NCBI RefSeq assembly: GCF_006345805.1
Contig: NC_042999.1
Span: forward strand, 136,400,001 to 136,464,000
Reading direction: 5' to 3'
DNA from: Octopus sinensis
Taxonomy: Eukaryota
DNA length: 64,000 bases
The notes below the pieces were generated by a model that worked only from the letters and a program-made list of their open reading frames with translations, had not been told where the DNA came from and searched no databases. Positions 12,674 through 28,253 of this stretch are shown piece after piece (position 1 is the first letter of the stretch; each line of letters opens with the position of its first letter). A program made the translations under genes and the position numbers.

Positions 12674-12737
<64 letters not shown>

Positions 12738-13997
12738 GCACACACACACACACACATACATGACATACTTCTTTCAGTTTCTGCCAACCAAATCCACTCA
12801 CAGGCCTTTGGTTGGCTATAGTAAATGACACTATGCAAAATTGCAATATATTTATATAAGTGACAATCATCACAATATAATTCTTAGAAACTTATTTAAA
12901 ACCCTTACTAAGTGCATAAGCAGTTCATCCTCTGATGAGTAATCATTTAACCATGATGCTCATTATTACAATGATACATTAAAAAATAGAAACTTCAGAA
13001 ATAGGAATGATTCATAATATCAAAGATAGGAAATAAAATATCATATGCTATCAATATTTCCTATTGTTTAATTTTCATTCCAATGTTTCAGGGTTTTCTT
13101 AAACCTTATAAATATTTCCATGTAATCCATTGGATATCATAAGATATTTAATAAAAATAGCATTAAGGTGAACTGCTGTTGCACCAAACATGTTGCTTCC
13201 ATATCCAGTATAAATAGAAGAATCCTCTCTTGTACGAACTTATATGAACTTGCAACACTTTTTTCTTAAAGTAGTTTCAAGAACCTTAATATCTGCCAGC
13301 TCAATGGTATATGCATTAAGGTAAGTTTCTCAAAAAGATCCCCAACCACTTCAATATTTCCTAAAATATATCTAAGGTTTAAATGATGATAATATTAACT
13401 GTTATAAAATCGATTCTTTCTTTAAAGAACAAGTGTCCTCTTATGCAAATAAGCTCCAGAAGGTATGATGTTTGTATCGTGAAAAAGTATAATTTTCTAT
13501 TGCAGCCTTTTGCTATTGAGATCTTAATTGAAAAAATTCCTGAAGACATGTCCATCGCATTATATTGAAGTATTTCTAGCTATTAACTGACTAAAATAGT
13601 TTATTGCCTACATAACAGAATGACCTACTATACACTGGAAAATAAGATGCTCAACTATTCACCATTTATTCATCAGCTCTACAATTTCATTAACAATAGC
13701 AGCCAACTTTCTTATACGTGTTTAACATGTATGATACTAAAAACAGAAATATTACGTTTTATATGTGAACAGATAAGAAAATATCGCATGTTCTGCTAAA
13801 AACAATTGAATATGTGAATATATGATACAGTTACTAATCACTTTTTTCAATAATTAATGAAATATAGGTACACTCTTGACTAATTATATTTTCATATGTT
13901 TGTAAATAATTTTGCTTACAAATTTAACTCTACAGTTATTTTTACATAAATGGTACCATGTAATTCAAAGTTATGATTCTAGAAGCTTCACTTTCTT

Positions 13998-14163
13998 ATA
14001 ATAATAATGATGATGATGATGATGATGACGACGACGACGAGGAGGAGGAGGAGGAGGAGAAGAAGAAGAAGAAGAAGAAGAAGAAGAAGAAGAAGAAGAA
14101 GAAGAAGAAGAAGAAGAAGAAGAAGAAGAAGAAGAAGAAGAAGAAGAAGAAGAAGAAGAAGAA
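13998..14163 (+). repeat. Compound trinucleotide microsatellite (AAT)n(GAT)n(GAC)n(GAG)n(AAG)~35
   Basis: Read directly from the sequence. Confidence 0.97.
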
Positions 14164-14169
14164 ACTTGC

Positions 14170-14555
14170 ATGATAATCAACATAGTATGTTCCAGTGAAG
14201 ACAGGATCAAAGAGAAAGAAGGAAAGCTAAACTTCTATGATGATTTGAAGTGGAAAATACATAGGTTGTGGGCAATGAAGAGAGTGGACATAACACCTGT
14301 AGTAATTGGTGCACTTGGAGATATCAGCATTCAAAGTATCAGCACTCAGCTACCAACATGGCTCAAAAAGATTGGTGCAAATGTAAAGATAGAACTCCTA
14401 CGAAAATCTTCACTGCTTGGAACTGCAAGAGTTCTCTATAGGGTTCTTGAAGCATGATCAGTAAACAAGTGTCAATATTTTGTCTGCTGGCTGCAGGCAG
14501 CTGACACTTTCCATCATACCTAGCAAAATAAGCTGAGAGTTTTCATCAAATAATA
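14170..14555 (+). mobile_element. R4/Dong-type non-LTR element, 3' fragment (RLE C-terminus plus 3' UTR)
   Basis: IINIVCSSEDRIKEKEGKLNFYDDLKWKI..LW...ITPVVIGALG...SLLGTARVL resembles the end of the 602-aa ORF (PVVIGALG...LMGTAHILR). It ends near aataataat. Confidence 0.85.
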
Positions 14556-15040
14556 ATGATTGTAAGTTTCAGCCCAAGAACAGCACTTTCAGGGGAAGGG
14601 ATTACATGGACCTTGAAAATATGAAAGGCGAAGTCAGCCTTGGCAGAACTTCAACTTGGATTGTAAAGATGGATGAAATGCCACTAAGCATTTTGTCTGC
14701 ATGCAAGTGGTCCTACCAGGTCACTGTCTTTTTCCTTTCTTTCTTAAACAACAACAACTACTAAATTTACAAGGATTGAAATTTCGGCAGAAGGAACAAG
14801 TCAGCTACATTGATTTCATTGCTCAACTGGTATTTTATTTTATTGACCCTGGAAGGATGAAAAGCAAAGTTGTCCTTGACAGAATTTGAACCCAGAACAT
14901 AAAGATAGATGACATGCTGCTAAGCATTAGTTAAATATATATATATATATAGTTGAAATTTATGGAAACTCGAAAGACAAAGACAGGTGTATGCACAACA
15001 TGCAAGTGTATTAGTTTGACACTTAGGGAAAAATAAAAAA

Positions 15041-15077
15041 GTCTTTTATGTTTCAAGCCTACGCTCTTCAACAGAAA
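15041..15077 (-). ncRNA. Minimal hammerhead-like motif, variant or decayed core, in a (TA)n-flanked mini-element (about 14950-15140)
   Basis: Minus strand: CUUU CUGUUGA A GAGC GUAG GCUU GAAA CAU A AAAG. Stem I is CUUU/AAAG and stem II GAGC/GCUU; core position 6 is U. Confidence 0.5.
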
Positions 15078-15142
15078 GGAATAAGTGAAAATAAACAGAG
15101 AGAATGAAAGAACTTGTATATTTCAGTGGCCCCACATGGAGA

Positions 15143-15200
<58 letters not shown>

Positions 15201-15293
15201 TTACAACCAGCATTGAGATGAGAGAGAGACAATATGCATTCTATACTCTTTGTGTGAAAGATTCTAAATGTTAATTGTAATTTTAATTTTTAA

Positions 15294-15376
15294 TTCACCT
15301 GAAGAAAACGTCTTTTTTACATGATATAATTGATTTGTCCATCAATAAAAATCAAATCTGAAACAGCTGTAGTGAA
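15294..15376 (+). ncRNA. Type I hammerhead-like motif (stem II decayed)
   Basis: UUCAC CUGAAGA [54 nt] GAAA CAGCUG UA GUGAA: perfect 5-bp stem I, intact core, palindromic stem III, GUA site at 15369-15371. Confidence 0.7.
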
Positions 15377-15844
15377 CCTCAGCCCATTTGTGTTATAATA
15401 TATATATACAAATATACATACACACTCTCACCCACACACGTACACACACACATATTTATTTACATACAAACACACAAGGATGTACATATAAACCTCTGTA
15501 TATGATACAGGCTGTGAAAGTAAAAATATCACAACACAACTCAAAGTATCACGCCACTTTTTCATTCAATGTATTCTTTAAAAACGGTTGCTTGTCATCA
15601 TTGAAAACCAGCTATCCAATGGAGTGTCAAAATGGATCACAGCTTGCATTTCAGATCCAATAATATCAAGGAAATAGGTTCATGTAAATAGATCCAAAGC
15701 TGATGTTTTATAGTTTTACTACTTTATAGTGTTATATTTATATATTTTTATATCTATCAGCGATTTTTCAAAACTTCTCTATATTCACATTAATTCCAGT
15801 AGGATTTTATTCCATGTCATAACTGCCTCACTTTTAAAGATGCA

Positions 15845-17287
<1,443 letters not shown>

Positions 17288-17416
17288 TGCTAGTTGAACT
17301 GCGAATAAAAGGGGGAAAAAGATTCAGAAGAAAAGTTTATTCATTCGTTCATTCATTCAAAAAAGAGGCTTCACTTCACCACAATTCCAAACTTCTTCCA
17401 ACGAAGTTCTTAAATG

Positions 17417-17473
17417 TAGCCAACATAAGGTAATATATACAATTCCGAAACCAATATTACCTGAAGTTGGCTA
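17417..17473. other. 57-nt pre-miRNA-like hairpin
   Basis: Arms 17417-17436 and 17454-17473 pair at 18 of 20 positions (two 1x1 mismatches), with a 17-nt loop. Confidence 0.35.
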
Positions 17474-17943
17474 TGTCAGGAGAAATGTTCAGTCATTCAG
17501 GCTAGAGATATTTCTGTTTCAAGTTTCCACTAGAGTAGAAGTGTCATATGCGAATGCTCACAGTAGACATAATTCAAGGCTTCCTTTTATCATCATTTTT
17601 ACTTTGAATACCACCTCAGGAGAAAGATCAGGTTTGTTTCTTCTTTTCTGTTTTTTTTTTTTTTTTTTTTGTGAACCAACATTGGAGCCTCTTCATGGTT
17701 TTGTTTAATATTCTACAGATAGCAGTCAAATTTCTTTCAAATTAGACCCTACTCTCATAAAATAATATAGAAAGGATAGATTGGTAAATGTAGTCCTAGT
17801 TTTAGAAAATAAAAATGGAACAGCTGGAATGTCTTTGATCATCAACATGCTTCACCAGATGTTTTCAGATTCAGTCCCATTGCATGGTACCCTGGGAAAG
17901 TGTCTTCTGCTATAACCCAAGGCCAACCAAAGCATTATATATC

Positions 17944-18087
17944 TGCAGACCTTATGGCATACTCCTTATAATATGTATATATATATATATATAAAGGAAG
18001 CTTTATGAAAATAGACAAAAGATGAAGGCAGGTTTACGGAAATAAACAAAAGATGAATATTATAAGGAGTATGCCATAAGGTCTGCA
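17944..18087. repeat. Perfect 31-bp inverted repeat around a (TA)n-containing spacer (probable PLE inverted terminus)
   Basis: tgcagaccttatggcatactccttataatat (17944-17974) and atattataaggagtatgccataaggtctgca (18057-18087). Confidence 0.8.
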
Positions 18088-18445
18088 AATATAACAGAGG
18101 CCTCAAAAGACATTTTAAGATCCCCAAAGATCAGAACTTAACTGCAGCTCTTGGTGGTCCAAATCAGATATGCAAACTACATGGGTTTATTTTCAATATA
18201 TTGTCTGGTTTAAAAAGCCATATCAGATGCAATGATGGGTCTAACGTGTAGGTACAAGAGGTGGTTGGATTCTGCATAAGGAGTAGACAACCACCATATA
18301 TATATTATATCTTACTGTGATATATATATATATATATAAGTTAATATATAAATAGAAAGCACAAAAAAAAACACAAACAACGCGAACAACGTGCGAGGAC
18401 GTGGAACAAATATAGTATTATTGGATGCTCAGGAAAAGAAGGAGG

Positions 18446-18480
18446 GTTTAATGTTTCAAGCGGAGCTCTTTGTCGGAAAC
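18446..18480 (-). ncRNA. Minimal hammerhead-like motif with CCGA-type core in a (TA)n-flanked mini-element (about 18340-18570)
   Basis: Minus strand: GUUU CCGACAA A GAGC UCC GCUU GAAA CAUU AAAC. Stem I is GUUU/AAAC. Departures from canonical include CpG-type transitions plus U4C. Confidence 0.45.
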
Positions 18481-18635
18481 ATAGGAGAAGGAAAAATCCA
18501 GAGAAAGGGAAGACGGAGGAAAAAAAAAATCGCCAACGGTACACACAAGGTCACATTTTGAAAGGTCACATATATATATATGGCCACAGCTCAATGAGCT
18601 GAAACTAAAATCAATCAATCAATATATATATATAT

Positions 18636-18810
<175 letters not shown>

Positions 18811-19266
18811 TGTGGGGAGCAAGAGAGAAAGAGACAGTGACAAGCAAGAGCGGGCTGGTTGGTGTCTGATATGAAAAAGTGTTCAATAATGGTATAGGAT
18901 GATATTGAAAATATGAAGTGGGTGACCTGTGAAGGTACCTCTTCTCCTTGGAGGTACCTTCAGGAAACTGGTTGCACAAAATTGTAAGGGATTAAATATG
19001 TGCATCTCTGCTCTCATGTAATTATAATTACAGCAGCTGAGATAATACTGTAGTTAGAAGAATGATGGAGGGGTAGGGGTTGTGAAAAAGGGATAGGGGA
19101 AGATGGTTGTGGGGTGAATTTGGATGTGGAGACATGGACAATATATAAATTCTATCTGTCTGTCTATCTATCTATTTAGCTAGCTAACTAGCTTGCAATC
19201 TATCTATCTATCTAGCTAGCTATCTCTCTATACATGCATGTATGCATGCATACATACATACATACA

Positions 19267-19302
<36 letters not shown>

Positions 19303-19319
19303 TTATGGAACAATATATG

Positions 19320-19395
<76 letters not shown>

Positions 19396-20647
19396 TGGTT
19401 TGCTGCTACTGGGATGCAAGCTGGAACTTGATCAACATTAGTTGGTTCAACTGGGCAAGTGGGTCTTATGTTGAAAGGCCCAAAACCCTCTGGGAACTTA
19501 CAACATCACTCACAATGCATCTCAGAGCATCTACAACATGTATCTTAAAACTGCATGTTATACATACATATATATATGTATATATATATTTATATATATA
19601 TATATATGTACATATGTACACACACACACATGGATATGAGTATATATTATATTATATTATTTTGTTATATTATATTATATTACATTACATTACATTACAT
19701 TATATTATACTACATGACAATAAACTGCAGTATCAGAGCATAACACAAGCATTAAAAAGAACTTCATAATGGCTAAAGAATAACTAATCATTTCCTTTGT
19801 ACATTCTTGTTTTGATAATAACTTGAAAGCATATCATTCTAAGATTCATTTTTGAACAAGACTACACATGCACAAACACATTTGCACACATAGATACATG
19901 CACACATCAGTATGCTAGTTACATTTTGTTTGTGCTAAAATAGGATTTTTGACAACCACTAAGAGAACCAGTGAATCAAGGTTTGCTGTCTGCCTCCCAC
20001 ACGTGCAAATGATCTAATCTAATGATAATAGGCCTTCCTAACTCACCAAGCCAAATTTTATTCCAGGCTGTAGATTATTTTCTTCATATGTTCTATCCAC
20101 TACAATGATATAACATTATCTGAAAATTTGCAACCAATTGATTCAAGTTGGAAAGATGTACCATGATTTCACATGATAAATGGGAAAATGTTTCTGATAA
20201 AGGTTAGCGTTTTTTTTTAAGTGAAATGAAGATCAGCTTTGTGCTATGTCTACTACAAGCATAAACATATCTGTACTCTAGCTGAGACAGGCAACAAGAA
20301 ATATTTCAAACCTGACATGAAATTACACAAGCAATGCCAATTTCATGTTAAAACATGAAGCGTTACTATAATTTTGTTTATCATTATAAGTGCAGGCATG
20401 GCTGTGCTATAAGAAGTTTGCAGCCCAACTGCATGGTTCTGGGCTCAGTCCCATTATGTGGCACATTGGACATGTGTCTTCTACTATAGCCTTAGCCTTG
20501 GCCAACCAATTCAACCAAATTCACCTTGTAAGTGAATTTGATAGAAAGAAACTGAAAGAAGATCATAGTATATATATATATATATATTTCATTTTTTGAT
20601 TTGGTTTGCAAGATTCTTTATGTGAGTTTGTGTATTGAAGCATATTC

Positions 20648-20898
20648 TGTTGTCTGGGGAGAGTCACTTTCTTTTTGTGCCTTATAATTTAACACACGCA
20701 CCAGTAAAATATCCACTTATTTCTTATTTTTATTTTCCAAAAATGTTTGTTGCGCCTTGCAACCTTTGTGATATTGAAAAGGTTGCAAGACACAATGAAA
20801 ATTTTAGGAAAATAAAAATAAGAAAAAGGTGTAAATTTTACTGGTGAGTGTGTTAAATTATAAGACACAAAAAGAAAATGACTCTCCCCAGAAACAAT
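20648..20898. repeat. ~250-bp palindromic mini-element ending in (TA)n
   Basis: The arms are reverse complements (the six-frame track gives near-identical peptides on both strands). A GUUGC-N5-GCAAC hairpin followed by a decayed GAAAC lies near the centre. Confidence 0.85.
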
Positions 20899-20914
20899 AG
20901 TATATATATATATC

Positions 20915-21965
20915 ATCATCATCATCATCATCATCATCATTTAACATCCACTTTCCATGCTGGCATGGGTTGGACGGTTTGACTGAGGGCTGGTGAGCCA
21001 CAAGGCTGCACTAGGATCCAATCCAATCTGGCAATGTTTCTACTGCTCGATGCCCTTCCTAATGCCAACCACTCTGAGAGTGTAGCGGGTGCTTTTTACG
21101 TACCACTGGCACGAGGGCCAATTGGGTAGTAGTGATATTAGCCACGTTTGGAAGGTGCTTTTTACATGCGATCAGCATGGGAGTCAGTCAGGTGGCACTG
21201 GCAATGACCACACTTGAATGGTGCTTTTTATGTGCCACTGGCACAGGAACAGTCAGCTGGCACTGGCATCGACTATGCTTGAATGGTGTTTTTTACATGC
21301 CACTGGCATGGGAGCCAGTGAGGCAGCACTGGCATCAACCACGCTCAAATGGTGCTTTTTACATGCCACCAGCAATGGGTATCAATCAGGTGGTACTGTC
21401 ATCAGTCACGATAACAACTTCACTTGCCTCAATAGGTCTTTGCAAGTGCAGTTTATTGCCCAATGATTGAAGGGTACTCTTAAATGGGCTGGTTATGCTG
21501 CACTGGCATAAACCATGATTACAGTCTCGCTTGGCTTGCCAGGTCTTCTCAAGCACAGCATATCTCCAAAGGTCTTAGTCACTTGTCATTGCCTCGGTGA
21601 GACCCAACGTTCAAAGGTCATGTTTCAACACATCATCTCAGGTCTTCCTGAGTTGACCTCTTCTACAGGTTCCCTCTATTGCTTGGGTGTAACCCTTTTT
21701 CACACAGCTGTCCTCATCCATTCACAACACATGACCATACCAGCGCAGTTGTCTCTCTTGCACACCACATCTAATGCTTCTTATGTCCAATTTTTCTCTC
21801 AGGGCGCTTACAATTTGTTGTGTATGCACACTGACATTACACATCCAGCAGAGCATAGTAGCTTCATTCCTTGCAATCTTACGCATGCCCTCAGCAATCT
21901 TGGCCCATGTTTCACTGCCATGTAGCATGGCTGTTCGCACACATGTGTCATTCAGTCTACCTTTA
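20915..21965 (-). mobile_element. RTE LINE 3' fragment (same family as 1-2240) with (GAT)n tail
   Basis: ORF 21722-22018 has CVRTAMLHGSETW...LRWYGHVL. Decayed tandem units lie at 21080-21400, with the tail motif ggatgcccttcctaatgccaacc and (TCA)n. Confidence 0.9.
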
Positions 21966-22052
21966 TTCTGAGGTATATATGTGTATATATACACACACAC
22001 ATACACACACACATACATATATATGTATGTATAGTTAAAATCTTTTTCTATC

Positions 22053-22170
22053 CTGATGACAAAAGCTCAGTTTATCCAATGCTTATTTGCTGTCATTGCT
22101 GGCTGTGTATTTTGGTGAACTACATTTACCAACATTATAATGGATCTCTGAGCCCCCAGAAACAGCTGTT
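22053..22170 (+). ncRNA. Decayed hammerhead-like motif with long stem II
   Basis: CUGAUGA at 22053; GCUCAG (22065-70) pairs with CUGAGC (22148-53); GAAA CAGCUG UU at 22159-70. Stem I is weak. Confidence 0.4.
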
Positions 22171-23011
22171 GGACTTGTAACATTACCCCCACCCTCTTTT
22201 TAATTTTCTCTATTGTCTGTGTGTTTGTGTGTGTGTGTGCCCTAGTGCTCGTGTTTGACCCCCACCATTACTTGACAATTGATGTTGGTGTGCTTACATC
22301 CCTGTAACTTAATGGTTTGGCAAAGAGGCCAAATAGAATAAGTATCAGACTTTAAAAGGAAATAAGCACCTGGGATAGATTCATTCAACTAAAATCCTTC
22401 GAAGTGGTGCCCCAGTATGGCTACAGTCTAATGACTGAAGTGAGTAAAAGCTAAAAGATATTAGGAAAGTGGCGGTTAACACAATTGGTAAAGCAGCAGA
22501 CAAAACGTTTTGTAGTATTTAATTGTATCCTCTCATGTTCAAATTCACTGAGGTCAATTTGGCTTGTCATCATTTCAGAGTCAATAAAATAAATAACATT
22601 CAAGTTCTGAGCTGATTTAAGTAAGTGTGCATTCATCCAGACTTTGAAGCCATTTAATTATGTTAGAAATCATTGTTATTTTTATAGGGTAGCGAAGGGG
22701 CAACAATTGTAAAAGTGCACTTTGAGTGCCTTATAGCATTTTTGTTTTTATTTCCATGAATTAAGATCAAAAACAGGCTTTGCCTTTCATTCCCACAAGG
22801 GTCAGCCATGTATTAAGGTCACTTCAATTGATCATATTCCTCTGCAATGTAGTGGAACTGCACCAAAATTAAAAATTATCGGAAGTTCTACTTGATATAG
22901 TGTAGTCAGTACAAGTAATGGACAGACAAAGGTTGACTGACAGAGAACTTCAGATGTAATAGATGTTTATCTATATGAAACATTTATATAATGGATACAT
23001 ACATATATATA

Positions 23012-23060
<49 letters not shown>

Positions 23061-24177
23061 GTATATATGTATATATATGTATATATATATGTGTGTGTGT
23101 GTGTGTATTTATATATTTTATGATTTCACTTAGGCATAGTGATTACTAATAACCAGTTGTTAGAACTCAATATACATATGCTCTATAATAAAGTGTTAGA
23201 TGAGTACAGAACATATTATTGAATGACAGGGGGAAAAGAATTACATAATTTCTGTTCTCTAGTCAGTCAATAATTAATGTTGTGTGCGCACACACACACG
23301 TACACACACACGCGCGCGCGATCGTATGCATGCACTCTTGCATGCACATAAACACATATATGGATGTATATGTGTGTCCACAATGCATATAAACATACAC
23401 ACAGGCACATATGCACATATGCACACACACATATACAATATATATATACACACAGATATGTACTTATATTGTATATATGTGCAATGTGTGTTAGTATCTG
23501 TGTGTGAGTATGCATATATATGTGTGTCTGTGTATGTGTATGTATGTATGTATGTATGTATGTATGTATGTAGTATGTACGTATGTACACATATGTATAT
23601 ATATTTGTACATACATTCATTCATACATATATTTTTATTCACACACATACATACAAACATACATGCATACATACATATATACAACATACATACATACATA
23701 CATACATGCATGCATGCATGCATACATCCATCCATCCATCCACCCATCCATCCATCCATACATACATACATATATATATGTGTGTGTGTGTGTATGTGTG
23801 TGTGTGTATATATATTGAACATGTGAGTTATACACATGCACTTTATTCTCCTAGCTCTCCTTATCTTTATCCTCCAATCTTTGTCCTCTTCTTTGGACTT
23901 TTCTCCAAATATTTGATAAGTGTCCAAACATTCTACATTTACTGCATAAGTTTCTTTTTATAACTCATTTTCTTTCTTTGAGCTTCAGCCTAATAATATT
24001 AACTATGAATGTCTTCAACTTTTGATGTTTTTTATAAATGACATTGTTTTTTGTAACTGATTGGCACTCTCTCTCCCTCCCTATATCTCCCTATCTCTCC
24101 CTCTCTCTCTTTCTCTTTATATGTGTACGTATGTATATGTGTATTTGTATGTATATATATGTGTATCCATGTAAATA

Positions 24178-24211
<34 letters not shown>

Positions 24212-24587
24212 AGCACACACACATTTATATGTATATATGTAAGAGAAAAAAATCAATCAGGAAGGAACTCTATCTCACTCAAAATATCTTTTGATAAGCA
24301 TACCAAATGTGCAACCGGTAAACTCGTACTTTTTTTTATTCTACACTGAAATCTGACATTGAACTTTCCACAAAAAACTGTATTATTACACGCTTTTAAG
24401 AAATATCTTATTCTGAAAAGAACACTGTAAATGACTCTTATTTTTTTTCTTATACACTGAAATCATTCACAAAAAATGAACATTGTATTCTAACCAATTT
24501 TTTCTTTTTTGTTTAAAAAAGAACTTCACCTAATTAAATACACTCTCCTTACTTAAAGTATTTTGTCGCATTTTCTTCATTTCCTTT

Positions 24588-24618
<31 letters not shown>

Positions 24619-24698
24619 ATAATAATATTCGGGAATAAATCCAAATTTACAGGGAAAAAAATCAGATTTAGGATTAAATCGATTTTATAGTAAAATAT

Positions 24699-24863
24699 TA
24701 TAAAATATTATTCGAGACAAAACCACTATTTTGCAAACAAACAAGGAAAGACTTAATCAATAATAAATTTTTAATACTGATATTATTAAAATTTTATGTA
24801 TTGATTAAGTCTTTCCTGTGTGTTTTGCAAAATAGTGGTTTTGGTCTCGAATAATATTTTATA
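24699..24863. repeat. ~165-bp palindromic mini-element in (TA)n
   Basis: taaaatattattcgagacaaaaccactattttgcaaa... pairs with ...ttttgcaaaatagtggttttggtctcgaataatatttta. No hammerhead core seen. Confidence 0.85.
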
Positions 24864-25289
24864 TATAATATATATATATATATAGGGAGAGTTTACGAAA
24901 AACTATTTATATATATATATATATATACACATACATACACACATATACACATGCCCACGTACACATACCCACATGCTCACACACACACACACACACATAT
25001 ATATACCTATGTTCTACAATACCACTGTATGGCTCCTTGGAAAAGTATCTTTTACTTCAGACTCAGGTTCCCCAAAGTCATGTGAGTGTATTTGGTGGAC
25101 AGAAATTGAAAGAAGCTTGTATGTTGTATGTATGTATGTATGTATGTATGTATGTATGTATGTATGTATGTATGTATGCATGCATGCATGTATGCATGTA
25201 TGTATGTATGCATGCATGCATGTATGTATGTATGTATGTATGTATGTATGTATGTATGTATGTATGTATGTATGTATGTATGCATGTAT

Positions 25290-26530
25290 GTATGTCTCTT
25301 CTGTTTTTTAATTATTATAAATCTTCCACTGAGGAGGGAGATGGTTTCCAACAAAGATACTAGGCTCCATCTTTGGGATGTAGTTAACACAGACAAATTC
25401 ACATTTGGAACTTGAGAAAAGTCTTGCATTCTTTTACTGTTCCATTCACAGATTGCACTTGTAATGTACGAATCAACCAGTCAATTTCTCTTTCTGAAAA
25501 TCCCAGTTTATCCAGATTCTCCTTTAAGCATTTACTAACAAAACCTAGTGTTCCAATTATTATTGGTATGAATATAAATTCATAGTCTGGATATAGAAGC
25601 TGGAGGTTTCAAAGCAGTTGTCCATAAGTATCCTCTTTTTCTTTGATTTTCAAAGGGATATTTATATCTGCAGGGCAGCTGACCCCTATGATGGTACATA
25701 CCTTTGTCCCTTTGTCCCCAAAAAATAATATCCGGCCTGTTATGTTTACATTTGACAGAAGTTTTGATCAGAATATTCCATCAGTATTCCTTGAGTTGGT
25801 GTTTACGAATGTATTCCATAACAGTGGGATATTCTAAATTTATTTTAGGACTGTCTTTTTTTGCAGATGACATTGTAAATTGTTTTAGCGACAACATTGT
25901 GCAACGTAGGGATGTTGTACCATGATGATATTTTAGACAGCTACTAATCATTTGCATATCTTCCACAGAAACATGACATAGCCTACACATGCAGTTGCAC
26001 CTTGGGATTACTGTTTCTCTTGTTCACCAGCTACTTTGTGGTAATCTCCTGTTATTGGATTGCAAATGAATAGCCTTCAAAGTGTGATGTGATGTACCAG
26101 TCTTGAGTCCAAGAGAGGCTGCACTTCATGTCAATTCTACTGTCTCCTTCAAGCTTCCGGGCAACATACCCATGCATGGTCTTTATTTTTATGCTGAATG
26201 CTTTCCATCCAGGTCTTCTCTGAGGTAAGAGAGCCCAGCTGTTTTGGGGGCTATATAGGAGATCATCAGGAAGAGAGTCTTTCTTGAGGAGTTCACTGCC
26301 AACTCATACAATGTTGCTCACTTCCCTTTTCAGCACTGCATTAATATATATATTTTTTTGCTGTTGTTTAGTAGGTGCTACCTGAGTGATATACAGCATT
26401 CGAAGGCTGTCTGCACTGATCTCAGGCCTCTATCACCTTTATTTGTTCTTAGGTAGAGCCTGTCAACATCTGTTTCTGTGGAAGCTCCGAGTTGTTGTTG
26501 GAAGTTCCTAGTTGCATGTTTTGATAACTA
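25290..26530 (-). mobile_element. Decayed R4/Dong-type element, 3' part (zinc knuckle plus RLE)
   Basis: Minus strand gives CRLCHVSVED...SSC...EYWWN..IKT...HNRPDII...IGVSCPADIN...FIPIIIGTLG. Confidence 0.85.
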
Positions 26531-26619
26531 TGGCTAATAAAGAAAGATATCTATCTGTCTATCTATCTATCAATCTGTCTGTCTGTCTGTCTGACTAGCT
26601 ATCTATCCATCTCTCAATC

Positions 26620-26650
<31 letters not shown>

Positions 26651-27064
26651 CTGTATCATCATCATCATATATATATATATAAAAACACGCACACACACAC
26701 ACACACACATGTGAGTGTGAGTGTGTGTGTGTGTTGTGTGTGTGTGTATTTGTGTTTGTGCTCACTGAATTGACATCATGCAATAGTTTTGAATTTGTGT
26801 TACCATAATAGAAATGGTGCAATTTGTGTTTAATCTTCTGTGTAAACATGTCTAACCATAAGGAAATATTACCATATGTGGGATTATGTGTGAGTTTTTA
26901 ACATGCAAGGTGTTAGGCTGTACAAAAAGCTGGTTTGAAAAATTACATCTGACTCATGCAAACATGGAAAAGTGAATGTTAAAATTATGATAATGTCCAT
27001 ATATATGTATATATACATTGTAGATATATGCATATATATTTCTGAGTGTGTGTGTGTGTATCTT

Positions 27065-27485
27065 ATATCTTTTATCTTTTACTTGTTTCAGTCATTAGAC
27101 TGCAGCCATGCTGGGGCATCACCTTGAAGAATTTTCAGTAGAATATATTGACCCCAGTACATAATCTTTAGGGCCTGGTACCTACACTGCTGGTTTCTTT
27201 TGCCAAACCGCTAAGTTACTGGGACACAAATACACCAGCACCAGTTGTCAAGTAGTGGTGGGGGTGAGGTCAAATGCACACACACACACACACACACACC
27301 ACACATAAATAGATCTATACATATATATGACAGGCTTCTTTCAGTTTCTCTCTACCAATCCACTCACAAGACTGTGGATGGTCTGAGGCTATAGTAGAAG
27401 ACATCTGCACAAGATGCCATGCAGTGGGGCTGAACTCAAACCATGTGGTTAGGAAGCAAGCTTCTTACTACACAGCCACACCTAA
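27065..27485 (-). mobile_element. SINE family A, near-complete
   Basis: Collinear with the reverse complement of 35120-35544. Confidence 0.88.
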
Positions 27486-27826
27486 AATGCAAAGGAATAG
27501 GGATTTTAAATCTGGGCAGATAACTTAGGTGGCTCATTACATCAAATGACAGGAAACATTTAGAATCATTTAGAATAGACAGTTAAACTGTACTCTTTTT
27601 GAAAGGCAAATCCTGAGTTTGCTTCAATGGATTTCAAGTAGAGTACAGGGTATATTATCAAGACATAACAATGAGTAAAGAAGAGTTATATGTCTTTGAA
27701 ATTTATTTATTAAAAAGCATTTTCTTCATATTACGTACACTCTAAAATGTGTTTCTGGTGAAGTGTCATTGGGTCCTTAATGAATAAATATAAATTTTAG
27801 ATGCATAACTTTTTATTCTCCATTAT

Positions 27827-27863
<37 letters not shown>

Positions 27864-27903
27864 TTCTCTCCTCTCTCTCCGGTCTCTCTCTCTTTGTTTG
27901 TCT

Positions 27904-27953
<50 letters not shown>

Positions 27954-27971
27954 TGTATGTGTGTACATATG

Positions 27972-28024
<53 letters not shown>

Positions 28025-28060
28025 GCATATGTATATACATGCAGGCATTATGTATATATG

Positions 28061-28111
<51 letters not shown>

Positions 28112-28126
28112 TAGATATAGATATGT

Positions 28127-28189
<63 letters not shown>

Positions 28190-28253
28190 GGTCCCGGGTT
28201 GATCCGGGGTTAACCACAGTAAGTAAGGTACTCAATACATAGCAGAGTAAAAT

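Noticed and set aside
12930-12990. CUGAUGA followed by a small hairpin
   Set aside because: No correctly placed GAAA or stem III.
18931-18961. 11-bp hairpin gaaggtacctc/gaggtaccttc
   Set aside because: No U-tract or ribozyme core, and too short to support a function.
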